The notes under the pieces: model-generated
Database searches by the model: none
Told to the model about the DNA's origin: nothing
What the model saw: the letters and a program-made list of their open reading frames with translations, nothing else
Program-made: the position numbers and the translations under genes
Source: Parcubacteria bacterium C7867-001
GTDB taxonomy: Bacteria; Patescibacteriota; Minisyncoccia; Phycocordibacterales; Phycocordibacteraceae
Direction: 5' to 3'
Assembly: GCA_001189095.1 (NCBI GenBank)
Contig: LFCK01000001.1
Coordinates: 20,133 to 84,132, forward strand
Length of the DNA stretch: 64,000 nt
Shown here: piece after piece, positions 9,737 through 20,225 of the stretch
Layout of the letters: each line of letters begins with the position of its first letter
Position numbering within the stretch: the stretch's first letter is position 1

Positions 9737-12700
9737 ATGCAACGACTTACTACCATCTGGGCACCCGCTCTCATTGCGTTCGCGCTGGTAACCGCTCCTA
9801 TGGTCTCCTACGCGCAAACAGCCCCCGTCATTCCTCAGGTACGCGTGTCACATGTTGAGATGCTTTCAGTAACGTTTACGGAAGGAGCGGTGGCGTCGGG
9901 AGTATTTACGATCTCAAACGCAGGGAGTGGGTCCGCGGGAAATATAGACTACGTCATCCGACTTGTTGGTGACTACGACAAGAATGGAAACTGGGGTGTC
10001 GAGTACGCTTCTCAAGAAGTAGGTCCAATAGCCCTTGGTCCGAACGAAGTTCGATTGGTGCCATTTGCTATTGAACTTCCTGCAGGGGTTGCGGGGAACG
10101 ATCTTGGTATAGAAGTGCAGGCAATGCTTGGTTCAGGATTCCCGCTCGGGTGGGCAGAGAAGCGTATCATTATTACCGGTACGCACACCTACCCAAAACT
10201 TACTGAAGCATATGTTGCAATCGGAGAAGGTAAGTTTGCGGTCGGTGAAGGGCCAACGATTCACTCAGATGAGAGCGCGGAATTGGTAGGAACATTTCAG
10301 AATAACGCTGCAACATCCCTTACACTTACTCCAAGCATCGCGCACAAGTCGATGACGGGTGACGTCGTCCGTACCGAGAAGGCCGCAACGTTTACGATTG
10401 CGCCAAACAGTTCACATGAGTTTCGTATCCCCGTAGCAGCGAGTAGCGCAAAGCCCGGCGTGTACCTCGCGAACATTACCTTCCTCGATGAGGGTGGAAA
10501 GCAGCATGCCCAACTTGTAAGCTATCGATACATTCTCCAAGGAGACGATATCGCAAACATTCAGTCTGCGAGTGCGGACAAAATAAGCGTTAAAGCAAAA
10601 GAGACAGTCACTATTTCGGTTTCCTTCAGTGGTACGCCGCCTGATATCAATCGTCCGGGAGCAAAAGAACAAGGAGTCGCTCTTCTTACGGTGAAGGCAT
10701 ACAGCGAGCGTGGGACAGAACTGGGTTCGAATACAAAGGAAGTAAATCTCGATACTGAGCACGTAGCCAGTGTCCCAATTGTGGTGAACGCTTCCGCAAG
10801 TTCTCTTCAGGTAAGTGCCACCCTTACGAAAGATGGGAAGGTGCTTGCCTCTCTCGAAGCGCCAGTGTCACCGAAGTTCGGTATTGAATCGATTCGTGCG
10901 AAAACGGCACTGTACTTCATGTATAGCCTCACAGCGCTTCTTGTTATTATCGGTCTCGTCCTGCTGGTGCGGAGCTATCGTTCTACGGTGCCGATGGTAA
11001 AGACACGTCAAGCGGGCATTACGCTTCTCGCGCTTGCGGCAGTTTCCGGTATTGTCAGCGTACTTATCATTATCGGTTTGTTTACGCCCCCGCAACAGGC
11101 AGTGAGCTTGAACCTCTCCACTCCGGTCGCGCATGCTGAGGGCAATCAAAAGGTTTGCGTTACCGATCCAGCAGCGTGTGGTCTTGGTGGCGGCGAAGCA
11201 GGAACACAGGAAGTCATTGTAAATCCTGATGTATGTCCGCTCGATGATGGTGTGCAGGAAATTGGGACGCCCTGCGTTCATTCAGAAATGGTTAGTTTCA
11301 TATTTGTTAATGACAATGCAACGTGGGAGTACTACGTGAGGACGTACCTTCCTATATGGAAGAAGACATCCACTGTTCCGTATCGGTATTGGCAGTTTGA
11401 GGATCGGTATGATGAATCAGTTGGTATCGGATTGAGTCCATCGCGTGTCACCATGGAAGCTACGAACAATCCATTACAGAATCCTTTTACGCATGCCTAT
11501 GACTCGTATTGGGAAGCAGGAATGGGAGGAGCAAGCAAGCGGTATATAGCAACAGATGCAGCCTCTTCGGCGGAACAATACTACGAAACACCATCTGACT
11601 TTAACAATCAGCCGCCATTCGTTAGCGTTTCTTCAATTCCTGGACCGATTCGCCCAGGAGACGAGTTTACGCTACAAGGAGCAATCACCTACGTCGACTG
11701 CACAAACACTCCTTCAGGCTTCTTGGTAAATGGAAGATTCGAAGGTCAGGAATTCTCGCAGGAATTTCCTGCAAACCAGTTCACTGGTCACGAACTCACT
11801 ACTGTTCAGAGACGCTTCTCTAAAACATTTACTGCTCCAACCACTCCCGGTATCTATAGGGTGTACTTGGATATGGGTTGGGAAGTTCCCGTACTTTCGA
11901 TGGGAGGCACGCTTCGTGGCCACATTGACATTGAGGTGAAGGCGGAAGTTGACCTTACACCGACCGACCTTGCACCAACGAGCGCTATTGTGAATGTACC
12001 AACAACCGTGTCGGTAAAGGTAAATAACACCGAACCTGATCCGGTTGGAATAAGTAACACGCGTTTCGAAATTCAGGGTCCTGATTTTGGGTATGAAACC
12101 CACACCGTGCAAGGGGAAAGTTGCACCATAACAAAAGAGGGGCAGATATGTGAGCCAACAACTTCGGAAGAGTCAGTCCAGATCGGGTATTACCTCGACC
12201 AGCATGTGGTAACGGCCGCAATGTCCGGTAACGGTTTCTCGACAGCTTCGTTCCCGCTTACGTTTACACAAGAAGGAACGTATAAAGTCCGAGCGTGCGT
12301 CGACTATGCATGTGGTTGGAATGCATACGGCGTATATTCGTGTGATGTGGGTTCGATTCCTGAAACGAATGAGGCCAACAATTGCACGGCAGGAGATTGG
12401 ACCGACATTGTGGTAGGTCCGGCAGTTGCTGCTGTGTCTTGCACCGTCAACAACGAAAACCCCGCTCTCGGTGAATCAGTCACATACACCGCAACTCCGG
12501 TATATGGTGCAACCGGCCCATACATCTGGACGGCCTCCGACGGTGCAACTGGTCTCGGCACAGGCAGCACCGCAACACGCTCCTTCTCTACCGCGGGTAC
12601 CTACGGTATGAGCGTATCTGCAACCGGCGCACTCTCTTCAGGATTCTGTCCAAACGTGACGGCGGGCAATGCGTGCTCGAACCCTGAAGCAACACTCTCT

Positions 12701-12952
12701 GCCTCTCCAAACCGTGTGAAGCAAGATGTCCCAACCCAAGTCACCTTCAGCTATAGGGCAACGGGTGCTTCTTCCTGCACACTCACCGGTCCTGATGTGA
12801 ACCAAACGTATACCGCAAACGAATGTACTGTCTCAGCAGGGACGCACAATGCGACCCTCACCATCACCACTCAAGGGGTGTATACCCTCACTTGTGACGG
12901 CGACGAAGCGAAGGCCGTTGTGAACGTCATACCGAAATTCAATGAGTTCTAG
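9737..12952 (+). CDS. Large surface protein: Ig-like domains, two internal TM helices, CARDB- and PKD-like domains, C-terminus FNEF
   Basis: Signal peptide ...SYA; beta-rich domains; TM pair ~10910-11085; DLTP...GTYKVRACVD...ETNEANNC (CARDB-like). Confidence 0.75.
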   Translation: MQRLTTIWAPALIAFALVTAPMVSYAQTAPVIPQVRVSHVEMLSVTFTEGAVASGVFTISNAGSGSAGNIDYVIRLVGDYDKNGNWGVEYASQEVGPIALGPNEVRLVPFAIELPAGVAGNDLGIEVQAMLGSGFPLGWAEKRIIITGTHTYPKLTEAYVAIGEGKFAVGEGPTIHSDESAELVGTFQNNAATSLTLTPSIAHKSMTGDVVRTEKAATFTIAPNSSHEFRIPVAASSAKPGVYLANITFLDEGGKQHAQLVSYRYILQGDDIANIQSASADKISVKAKETVTISVSFSGTPPDINRPGAKEQGVALLTVKAYSERGTELGSNTKEVNLDTEHVASVPIVVNASASSLQVSATLTKDGKVLASLEAPVSPKFGIESIRAKTALYFMYSLTALLVIIGLVLLVRSYRSTVPMVKTRQAGITLLALAAVSGIVSVLIIIGLFTPPQQAVSLNLSTPVAHAEGNQKVCVTDPAACGLGGGEAGTQEVIVNPDVCPLDDGVQEIGTPCVHSEMVSFIFVNDNATWEYYVRTYLPIWKKTSTVPYRYWQFEDRYDESVGIGLSPSRVTMEATNNPLQNPFTHAYDSYWEAGMGGASKRYIATDAASSAEQYYETPSDFNNQPPFVSVSSIPGPIRPGDEFTLQGAITYVDCTNTPSGFLVNGRFEGQEFSQEFPANQFTGHELTTVQRRFSKTFTAPTTPGIYRVYLDMGWEVPVLSMGGTLRGHIDIEVKAEVDLTPTDLAPTSAIVNVPTTVSVKVNNTEPDPVGISNTRFEIQGPDFGYETHTVQGESCTITKEGQICEPTTSEESVQIGYYLDQHVVTAAMSGNGFSTASFPLTFTQEGTYKVRACVDYACGWNAYGVYSCDVGSIPETNEANNCTAGDWTDIVVGPAVAAVSCTVNNENPALGESVTYTATPVYGATGPYIWTASDGATGLGTGSTATRSFSTAGTYGMSVSATGALSSGFCPNVTAGNACSNPEATLSASPNRVKQDVPTQVTFSYRATGASSCTLTGPDVNQTYTANECTVSAGTHNATLTITTQGVYTLTCDGDEAKAVVNVIPKFNEF

Positions 12953-13024
12953 GGTGTGGGTTGGTGTTGCGTGTATCCCCACACGAATCCAGAGCTCAGG
13001 GCCTTGCTTGATACAATTAAAGGA

Positions 13025-13906
13025 ATGAGAAAGGTGATAGCTCTCGGTGTGGGCGCCGTCGTAATCGTTTTGATCGGTATTCTTGTGCTTAATCCGCAGC
13101 TCGTACGATATCTGAAGAATCAAGTTGCACTTCTCACTGGTTCGATAACCTTAGAAGAGGAACTTAAGCCCGCGTTGTTTGTTGCTCCTCTTAACGGCGG
13201 GGTATACACCAGCAACGGGAAAAACGTCACGCGTGGGTATCTTCCGAAAGGGACTGTGATCATTGATGCTGCGCGATCTCCGACGAGGCTCGTTGTCGTT
13301 AGTCGTCTCCCTGATGGGCTCTATGGCATATGGACTGATGGTATCTTGCGTACGTCGTCAGCGACAAAGAAAAACGACATCGACGTTACGCCAAACGGGT
13401 ATCGCGTTGCGTATGTTGAAGAGGGAAAAGGAACATCATCGGTCATTCTTTTGACCGCAGACGGTGTGTCCCAAACAATCGCAAGCAGTTCGCAGCCGCT
13501 CTTCTTGAGCGACACGGTCATTGCAGTATCGGATGCGAGCGGCGTTGCGCTCTATGCTCTTGAAGACCTTACGAAAGCTCCTCGCCGCGTCGCAGTGCTC
13601 GGTACGGCAACTGCGCTTGTCGCCGCATCTCCTGATAGGAGCTTCATCGCGGCAGTTGATGAGGAGAAAGGACAGACAACTGTGTATCGATCAATCAATC
13701 CGCAGGAAGGACTGTTTGTCGCGCAGTCGGTTTCTCCCTACCTTGCAGCATCTTCACTTATCCTTACTCCAAACGCACTCTATGTGCTTACCCCGCCAAA
13801 TAAATCACTGCAGCGTGGACTCTTCAAATACTCATTTGATGGTGGTGCCCCAGCAAAGCTCCGCAGTTACGATGGCGATATGTATATAACCAAGATACTT
13901 CCATGA
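13025..13906 (+). CDS. Membrane-anchored putative beta-propeller protein
   Basis: N-terminal TM; TPNGYRVAY and SPDRSFIAA TolB/WD-like repeats. Confidence 0.6.
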   Translation: MRKVIALGVGAVVIVLIGILVLNPQLVRYLKNQVALLTGSITLEEELKPALFVAPLNGGVYTSNGKNVTRGYLPKGTVIIDAARSPTRLVVVSRLPDGLYGIWTDGILRTSSATKKNDIDVTPNGYRVAYVEEGKGTSSVILLTADGVSQTIASSSQPLFLSDTVIAVSDASGVALYALEDLTKAPRRVAVLGTATALVAASPDRSFIAAVDEEKGQTTVYRSINPQEGLFVAQSVSPYLAASSLILTPNALYVLTPPNKSLQRGLFKYSFDGGAPAKLRSYDGDMYITKILP

Positions 13907-15861
13907 TGCGCTCTTCTTTTTTTCGTACGGCAACGTTGACGCTTCTCTTTTTTGCAGCGTGGGTCTCTTTGGTGCATGCAGACGGTATGGCTGACCCGTG
14001 CGCGGGAGAACTGTCTCAAATTTGTTTCCCCTCAGATCCGGTAGCATCCGTATCGCTCACCGCGTACCCAGATAGCGTGCCGACAGCCTCTCATTCCACT
14101 GATCTTTCATGGGCTGCAGAAAACGTGGATTCATGTACGAGCTCGGGTTTCAGTACGGGCAGTGCCTTCTATGGGAGTCTGTCGCTAGTTCCCGGCTCAA
14201 CGCAGACCTATACCATCACGTGTACCAGTTCTCTGGGAACAGTATCCGATTCAATCACTGTTTCGGTTACCCCGAAACCAGATTTCATTTCTGGTAACGT
14301 GGGAAGTGTATCGGCGACCGTCGGTAATCCGGTAACGCTCAGCGCAATGATTGGGAATGTGGGCAACGCTGATTCAGTGAGCCCTTTTTATTACGCCTTC
14401 ACACTCAATGGTCCGACTCCGGTGTATGTAGCAGGGTATCGTGATGCCTCCCTTGCGGCAGGAGCAAATATGATTGCTTCAGAAGAAGTCACCTTTGCGA
14501 TACCCGGCACCTACAGTGCGGTTGTGTGTGCGGATACTACGAACGCAATAAATGAAACATCGGAGACAAACAACTGCAGCGAACCAGTACAGATTATTGT
14601 ATCGGACGCCGTGGAGTGTTCAGACGGTATTGATAACGACGGTGATGGGGGTGTCGATGTATCGGGTGCGTCTGGCGGCACGGTGACGGGACCGGAGTGC
14701 GGTGAAGGTATCCTTATTTTGGAAGGACCTTATAATTATTCTGGAAATTCGCCGTCTGGCGGTTACTTTTCGTGGCCTTCATGTGAAGCTGCTCCACTGC
14801 CGCCTGATGCTGACTGTAGTAGCGGGGGAGATACTAATGAAACCCATGTACCACAATGTTCCGACGGTATCGATAACGATGGTGACGGGGGTGTCGACTT
14901 TGAGGGTATAAATGACCCAGGGGGTACATTCTGCGGTAACGTCACAACACAGAGCGGCTACGATGGTGAAGGGCACCTCGACCTCTTCTGTGTTTCTGAG
15001 TACGAGGCCGGTACTATTGGGATTCGGTGGGCATATTATGGCAATAACCTGCAGGGAGGCATGTGTACTAGTTGGGGATTTGATAACGGAGCATACGCAC
15101 CAAATGGTGGAGGGGGCGAGAGCGGCGGTACGTCAGGAGAAGTCCTTGTTACACCAACAGAAGACACCGACTACGGCTTATCATGCTCGACAGACTGCAA
15201 CATATATAACGGCTGTATCGATCTTGATGGCTCAACCGCTGAAGCAAGCGGTGGGTTCCAAGTAACCGTGCAGGCACCGGTTACTGTTGATGCTGATCCG
15301 GGCTGCGAAAGTCCTGAGGACGAAACCGAGTCGCCGGACCCGACGCTCTCGTGCACAGTCGATTCTTCATCTGTTTCTCCGGGTGGCAGCACTACGTACC
15401 GCGTAACGGGAGGGGGTACTCCATACGCATGGACCGCTTCAGATGGGGCAACAGGACTTGGGACAGGCTCGACGGCAACGCGCTCTTTCCCATCTGCAGG
15501 AAGCTACAGCATGTCGGTCTCCTCAACAGGCTTTACTGCAGGAACGTGTCCTGCGGTTATCGTGAGCGGTTCGTCATGTTCAAATCTTTCCGGAAGTCTC
15601 TCGGTGAGTCCGAATCGCATAACCGAAAATACTTCGACGCAGGTGACCTTTACCTACACCGCAACAGGGGTCACGAATTCCTGCACCATAGAGGGTCCCG
15701 GAGTAAACGAGACGCTCTCTATCTCTGGCTGCAATGCAACAGGTTCGACACTCACCCAAACCTTAAATATCCCGAATCAGGGGGTCTATAACCTCACGTG
15801 CGACGGGACTCGTGTCGGCCGTGCAGTCGTGAATACGAAGGTCCGCTTCCAAGAGTTTTAA
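13903..15861 (+). CDS. Secreted Cys-rich surface protein (CARDB-like, 2x [11 protein letters not shown] repeat, PKD-like), C-terminus FQEF
   Basis: Signal peptide ...VHA; PDF...[10 protein letters not shown]...ETNNC; ATGA overlap with the upstream gene. Confidence 0.78.
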   Translation: MMRSSFFRTATLTLLFFAAWVSLVHADGMADPCAGELSQICFPSDPVASVSLTAYPDSVPTASHSTDLSWAAENVDSCTSSGFSTGSAFYGSLSLVPGSTQTYTITCTSSLGTVSDSITVSVTPKPDFISGNVGSVSATVGNPVTLSAMIGNVGNADSVSPFYYAFTLNGPTPVYVAGYRDASLAAGANMIASEEVTFAIPGTYSAVVCADTTNAINETSETNNCSEPVQIIVSDAVECSDGIDNDGDGGVDVSGASGGTVTGPECGEGILILEGPYNYSGNSPSGGYFSWPSCEAAPLPPDADCSSGGDTNETHVPQCSDGIDNDGDGGVDFEGINDPGGTFCGNVTTQSGYDGEGHLDLFCVSEYEAGTIGIRWAYYGNNLQGGMCTSWGFDNGAYAPNGGGGESGGTSGEVLVTPTEDTDYGLSCSTDCNIYNGCIDLDGSTAEASGGFQVTVQAPVTVDADPGCESPEDETESPDPTLSCTVDSSSVSPGGSTTYRVTGGGTPYAWTASDGATGLGTGSTATRSFPSAGSYSMSVSSTGFTAGTCPAVIVSGSSCSNLSGSLSVSPNRITENTSTQVTFTYTATGVTNSCTIEGPGVNETLSISGCNATGSTLTQTLNIPNQGVYNLTCDGTRVGRAVVNTKVRFQEF

Positions 15862-15870
15862 GGGTCTCGT

Positions 15871-15899
15871 TTGCGCCAAGTCACCGCATTTGGTATAGT
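15871..15899 (+). promoter_or_regulatory. Sigma70-type promoter of rpmE (leaderless or very short leader)
   Basis: TTGCGC-17bp-TATAGT (extended TG), 9 nt before ATG 15909. Confidence 0.6.
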
Positions 15900-15908
15900 G
15901 CGCGGGTC

Positions 15909-16157
15909 ATGAAAAAGGACATCCATCCGGCAGATTACCGCACCGTGCTCTTCGAAGACCTCGCTTCCGGCGAGAAGTTTCTCATTGGCTCGACGGTAAA
16001 GACGACCGAAACGGGCACGTTTGAGGGGAAGGAATACCCAAAGCTCCTCGTTGAAATCTCGAGTAAGTCGCACCCGTTCTACACTGGTGAAGATCGCACC
16101 CTCGATAAGACCGGTCGCGTCGAGAAGTTCAAGCAGCGCGCTGCAAAGAAGAAATAA
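15909..16157 (+). CDS. rpmE: 50S ribosomal protein L31 type B
   Basis: [11 protein letters not shown]...[12 protein letters not shown]...GRVEKF; no Cys. Confidence 0.95.
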   Translation: MKKDIHPADYRTVLFEDLASGEKFLIGSTVKTTETGTFEGKEYPKLLVEISSKSHPFYTGEDRTLDKTGRVEKFKQRAAKKK

Positions 16158-16164
16158 CGACACT

Positions 16165-16200
16165 CAAATGGACGCCCCGCCTCCGCGGGGCGTCCATTTG
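16165..16200 (+). terminator. Hairpin/terminator after rpmE
   Basis: CAAATGGACGCCCCGC / GCGGGGCGTCCATTTG inverted repeat. Confidence 0.6.
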
Positions 16201-16214
16201 TTATCATCAAACCC

Positions 16215-17165
16215 ATGGACTACTCCCCTGAATTCAAGAAGAACTTTGCAACCGCATATCTTGCGGAGGAGTACGAGCGTCTCGCACGCGAAGTGGAAGA
16301 GTCAGTTGCAGCTGCAGGGAATGATGCAGATCTTCTCCAGATGGCCGAGGAAGATATTACGCGCATCAAGGCCCGGCAGGACGATATCCTTGTCGAAATA
16401 GAACGCATCCTCGCAAAAGAGAAGGAGGAGGAGAGTAAGCCAACTGCGCTCGTGCTCGAATTCCGCGCTGGCGCTGGCGGGGACGAAGCGACGCTGTTCG
16501 CCAAGGAATTGAAGGAAATGTATCAAAAGTACGCTGAGATGCAGGGATGGCAGGTGCGCACTCTCGACGATCTTACGATTGAAATAGGCGGTGCACAGGC
16601 CTACGATGCGCTTAAATACGAGACGGGCGTACATCGCGTTCAGCGGGTGCCGCTTACGGAAAAGTCAGGTCGCATTCATACCTCAACCGCCTCGGTTGCG
16701 GTGCTCCCTATCCGCGCGAAGCCGAAGTTTGAAATTAACCCGACGGATATTGATATGGAGTTTTCTCGCTCGGGCGGCGCTGGCGGCCAGAACGTGAACA
16801 AGGTCGAGACCGCTGTGCGACTCATCCACCGACCGACCGGTATCGATGTTCGCTCATCGAGCGAGCGCAGCCAGCTCGCAAACCGCCAGAAGGCGATGGC
16901 GATTCTTGCGGCAAAGCTCGAGACGTTGCATGAAGAAGAAGAGGCGAAGAAGCACGCGTCATTGCGAAGTGGCCAAATCGGTACCGCCGACCGCTCGGAG
17001 AAGATCCGTACCTACAACTTCCTACAGGACCGCATCACCGACCACCGCATCAAGGAGTCATGGCATAACCTTCCAAAGATCATGCAGGGGTATCTCGGAG
17101 ACATTGTTGAGGCCCTAAAAACGGCCTCACAGCAGGGTGGAATTGGAGAGGCCGAGGAGGATTGA
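16215..17165 (+). CDS. prfA: Peptide chain release factor 1
   Basis: [10 protein letters not shown] (PxT), [11 protein letters not shown] motif, KIRTYNF. Confidence 0.95.
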   Translation: MDYSPEFKKNFATAYLAEEYERLAREVEESVAAAGNDADLLQMAEEDITRIKARQDDILVEIERILAKEKEEESKPTALVLEFRAGAGGDEATLFAKELKEMYQKYAEMQGWQVRTLDDLTIEIGGAQAYDALKYETGVHRVQRVPLTEKSGRIHTSTASVAVLPIRAKPKFEINPTDIDMEFSRSGGAGGQNVNKVETAVRLIHRPTGIDVRSSSERSQLANRQKAMAILAAKLETLHEEEEAKKHASLRSGQIGTADRSEKIRTYNFLQDRITDHRIKESWHNLPKIMQGYLGDIVEALKTASQQGGIGEAEED

Positions 17166-17198
17166 AACCCAGAATAGGGCATGGTAGAGTAGCCGGAC

Positions 17199-17900
17199 AT
17201 GGCAGTTATAGACCAAAAGGGCCCCGGAGTGGACCGCCTCTTTAAGGCGGGCGCTCATTTTGCCCAGCTCAAGAGTCGTCGTCATCCATCGATGAAGCCG
17301 TTTGTCGTGGGTGCTAAGGCACGCGTTGAAATCTTCGACCTCGCGAAGACCGATGCTCAGCTTGCAGAAGCAAAGAAGGCGCTTGCAGCGCTCGCTACCG
17401 CAGGCAAGACCGTGCTCTTCGTCGGCGGCAAGCAGGAAGTCTCTGCTCTCGTGAAGAATGCAGCAAAGAGCATCCACCAGCCGTACGTCGCTGGCCGCTG
17501 GCTCGGCGGAACCATCTCGAACTTCGTCGAGATCAAGAAGCGTATTGATCGCCTCGCAGACCTTACGGGTAAGCGTGAGAGCGGTGAGCTTGCAAAGCTT
17601 TACACCAAGCTCGAGCGTCTCTTCATCGATCGCGAAATCGAGCGCCTCGCGACCCGCCTCGACGGCATCACGAATCTCGCACGTCGACCGGACGCATTTG
17701 TTATCGTCGACACGAAGTATGAAGCACATGCAGTGAAGGAGGCTCGCGCAGCGGGCATTCCGGTCATCGGCATCATGAGTTCTGACTGCGACGTGACCGA
17801 CGCGACGTATCCTATCGTCACGAACGACGCCTCGCGTACGACCGTTGAGCTTGTGCTCGGTGAGCTTACGTCGGCGTTCGAGTCGGGTCTTCGCGCATAA
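17199..17900 (+). CDS. rpsB: 30S ribosomal protein S2
   Basis: AGAHF, RWLGGTISNF, PIVTND. Confidence 0.95.
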   Translation: MAVIDQKGPGVDRLFKAGAHFAQLKSRRHPSMKPFVVGAKARVEIFDLAKTDAQLAEAKKALAALATAGKTVLFVGGKQEVSALVKNAAKSIHQPYVAGRWLGGTISNFVEIKKRIDRLADLTGKRESGELAKLYTKLERLFIDREIERLATRLDGITNLARRPDAFVIVDTKYEAHAVKEARAAGIPVIGIMSSDCDVTDATYPIVTNDASRTTVELVLGELTSAFESGLRA

Positions 17901-17953
17901 GCGAACCCCTTCCGCGGCCGCGGAGGATTTATAATTTTTAGTACCTACGAATC

Positions 17954-18538
17954 ATGGACATTTCGACTGATGTATTGAAGACGCTTCGCGATAAGACGGG
18001 AGTTTCCGTTATGCAGTGCAAGAAAGCACTTGAAGAGGCGGGAGGCGACATCGAAAAAGCGGAAGTCATCCTTCGCAAGAAGAGCGGTGCTGCAGCTGAA
18101 AAGAAGGGTGATCGCGAGCTCGGTGCAGGAGCTATTGGTTCCTATGTTCATGATGGTTCCATCGGCTCGATGGTGCTCCTTTCCTGCGAGACGGACTTCG
18201 TCTCGAAGAATCCTGAATTCGGCGCGGTCGCGCGCGAAGTAGCGATGCAGGTAGCTGCGTCTAATCCGAGCTTCCTTACGGACGCCGATATTCCGGCAGA
18301 GGCAAAGAAAGCCGCAGAAGACGTGTTCCAGAAGGAGGTGGAAGGGAAGCCAGAAGACATGAAGGCGAAGATTCTCGAAGGAAAGCTTGCTTCGTACTTC
18401 CGCGATCAGGTCCTCCTTGACCAGCTCTACATCAAGGACGACAGTAAGACCATTCGCGACCTCATAAACGAGGCATCGCAGAAGTTCGGCGAACGCATCG
18501 AGATCTCCCGCTTCGCCCGCTTCTCGGCCCGCAGCTAA
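17954..18538 (+). CDS. tsf: Elongation factor Ts (short form)
   Basis: LRDKTG...CKKALEE, CETDFV; follows rpsB. Confidence 0.95.
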   Translation: MDISTDVLKTLRDKTGVSVMQCKKALEEAGGDIEKAEVILRKKSGAAAEKKGDRELGAGAIGSYVHDGSIGSMVLLSCETDFVSKNPEFGAVAREVAMQVAASNPSFLTDADIPAEAKKAAEDVFQKEVEGKPEDMKAKILEGKLASYFRDQVLLDQLYIKDDSKTIRDLINEASQKFGERIEISRFARFSARS

Positions 18539-18542
18539 CACA

Positions 18543-18992
18543 ATGTTCTACCTCGTCGCCGTACTCGTTCCGCTCCTTCTTCTCTCAGGGTTCCTCACCC
18601 TCACGGCCTACGAGACGCGCCACAACATTCGCTTTTTCGGCGTTGCGCGTGCGAAGCTTGATGCGCGCACCGAACGGGTTGCATTCATTCTCGCGCATGT
18701 CGACTTCGGGAAGTTCTTCTTCCATCTTCTGCGCGACGGGCTTGCGCATCTCGCGCACGAAATAGCACAGCTTTCGCTCGTGCTCGTTCGTCTCCTTGAG
18801 CGGACGCTCACGCGCGCGGTTCGCCACCTGCGCGGTCGCCGCGCAGCGAATGCGCCGATGACCACTCAGGCCGTGTCCTCATCTGCCTTCGTCGAAACAA
18901 TGACGTACTTCAAACACACGCTTCGTAGGTCCCGCCAGGCTCCGCCTGCCGTTCCTGCGGAATCGACAACACCGGAGAATCCCGTAGGATAA
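18543..18992 (+). CDS. Hypothetical membrane protein
   Basis: N-terminal TM, 4 bp after tsf. Confidence 0.65.
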   Translation: MFYLVAVLVPLLLLSGFLTLTAYETRHNIRFFGVARAKLDARTERVAFILAHVDFGKFFFHLLRDGLAHLAHEIAQLSLVLVRLLERTLTRAVRHLRGRRAANAPMTTQAVSSSAFVETMTYFKHTLRRSRQAPPAVPAESTTPENPVG

Positions 18993-19000
18993 ATTCATAA

Positions 19001-19073
19001 GCCGCCTTAGCTCAGTTGGTAGAGCAACACTTTTGTAAAGTGAAGGTCCCCGGTTCAAGCCCGGGAGGCGGCT
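19001..19073 (+). tRNA. tRNA-Thr(UGU), CCA not encoded
   Basis: Acceptor GCCGCCT/AGGCGGC, D arm GCTC/GAGC, loop TTTGTAA, T arm CCCGG-TTCAAGC-CCGGG. Confidence 0.95.
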
Positions 19074-19083
19074 CAAAACAGAT

Positions 19084-19503
19084 ATGGAAGAAATGCTGCA
19101 AAAAGAAGGGAATGCGCAGTGTTGTCCGGTTGCGGCAATTGTCCGTAACGGGACGATACTTATCGGTTTGCGACACTATACTCCTGATAAATGGAAGGCA
19201 ATAAGCGTATGGACGCTTCCGGGTGGAAGGTGCGATGTCGGAGAAACCATAGAGCAAACACTTCGGCGTGAGGTCGCAGAAGAAACAGCAATTTGTTCTC
19301 TAACAATTGATAAATTTCTCGGTGAAGTTCCTGGAGCAAAGGATGGCGATAGAGTTCCAGTGTTTCTCTGTAGCGCTTCTGAAGAGCCTGTTGTAGTGGA
19401 AATCGAGAAATTCTCTGAGTGGAAATGGTGCCCAATTACAGAGTTGCCGGATAATTTTATAAACCCCCACGCGAAGGAACTTATCCTCAAAGAATATACC
19501 TAA
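19084..19503 (+). CDS. NUDIX hydrolase
   Basis: PGGRCDVGETIEQTLRREVAEET Nudix box. Confidence 0.88.
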   Translation: MEEMLQKEGNAQCCPVAAIVRNGTILIGLRHYTPDKWKAISVWTLPGGRCDVGETIEQTLRREVAEETAICSLTIDKFLGEVPGAKDGDRVPVFLCSASEEPVVVEIEKFSEWKWCPITELPDNFINPHAKELILKEYT

Positions 19504-19505
19504 AC

Positions 19506-20198
19506 CTACTTCTTGGTTGTCGTAGCAGTCGAAGTTGCGGACTTAAAGAGTGCTTTCGGGAAGAGTTTCTGGAAGTCGTCGAGGTGCGTGAAGCCGTAGG
19601 AGACTTTGTCCTGAATCACAAAGGCGGGGAATTGAGGCTTTATTTTCTCCACGGCAATGAGCGTCTTCAGTGCCGAAAGGTCGAGGTCGTAATCGAAGGA
19701 GTAGACGCGCAACGTCGGATACGTTTGGCGCAGGTAGGAGAGCGCGTAGCCTGCTTTGTCGCAGGTCGTGCAGGCTTGCGGATCATTCGAATAGAAATAG
19801 AGCGCGGTCACTGGTTTGAGGCCGCACGAAGAGGAGAGTTTCTTCGTCAAAAGATAATCACGAATCTGAAGCAAGGTGTACTGCTTCTTGAGTTGAAGTA
19901 CTTGCGGGTCGCGGTTTCCGGCGCGACCTTCTGCAATACCGAGGCGGTCACCGAGATCGCTCACTTCGCGCGAGAACTCAGTTCCCGAAGCAATGTCTTC
20001 GCACGGCGCTGACTCAAGGAGTGCGAACTGCGTTTCAAGCGAGAGGGTGTCGGTTGCAAGTTGGTTCTGAATAGCGGAGAGTTCCGCAAGGCGCTGCTGG
20101 TCGAGGTAGTTGATGGCGTACACGATGCTGCCGATGATGGCGAGTGTTATAAGGAGCGCGAGGAGCGCGTTGCGGGCGGGAAGTGAAAGCGGCTTCAT
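19506..20198 (-). CDS. Membrane-anchored protein with C-terminal thioredoxin-like CxxC domain
   Basis: N-terminal TM, coiled coil, LYFYS...CTTC, FPAFVI. Confidence 0.7.
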   Translation of the reverse strand: MKPLSLPARNALLALLITLAIIGSIVYAINYLDQQRLAELSAIQNQLATDTLSLETQFALLESAPCEDIASGTEFSREVSDLGDRLGIAEGRAGNRDPQVLQLKKQYTLLQIRDYLLTKKLSSSCGLKPVTALYFYSNDPQACTTCDKAGYALSYLRQTYPTLRVYSFDYDLDLSALKTLIAVEKIKPQFPAFVIQDKVSYGFTHLDDFQKLFPKALFKSATSTATTTKK

Positions 20199-20225
20199 AC
20201 GTACGACAATACTACGCGAATGCTA

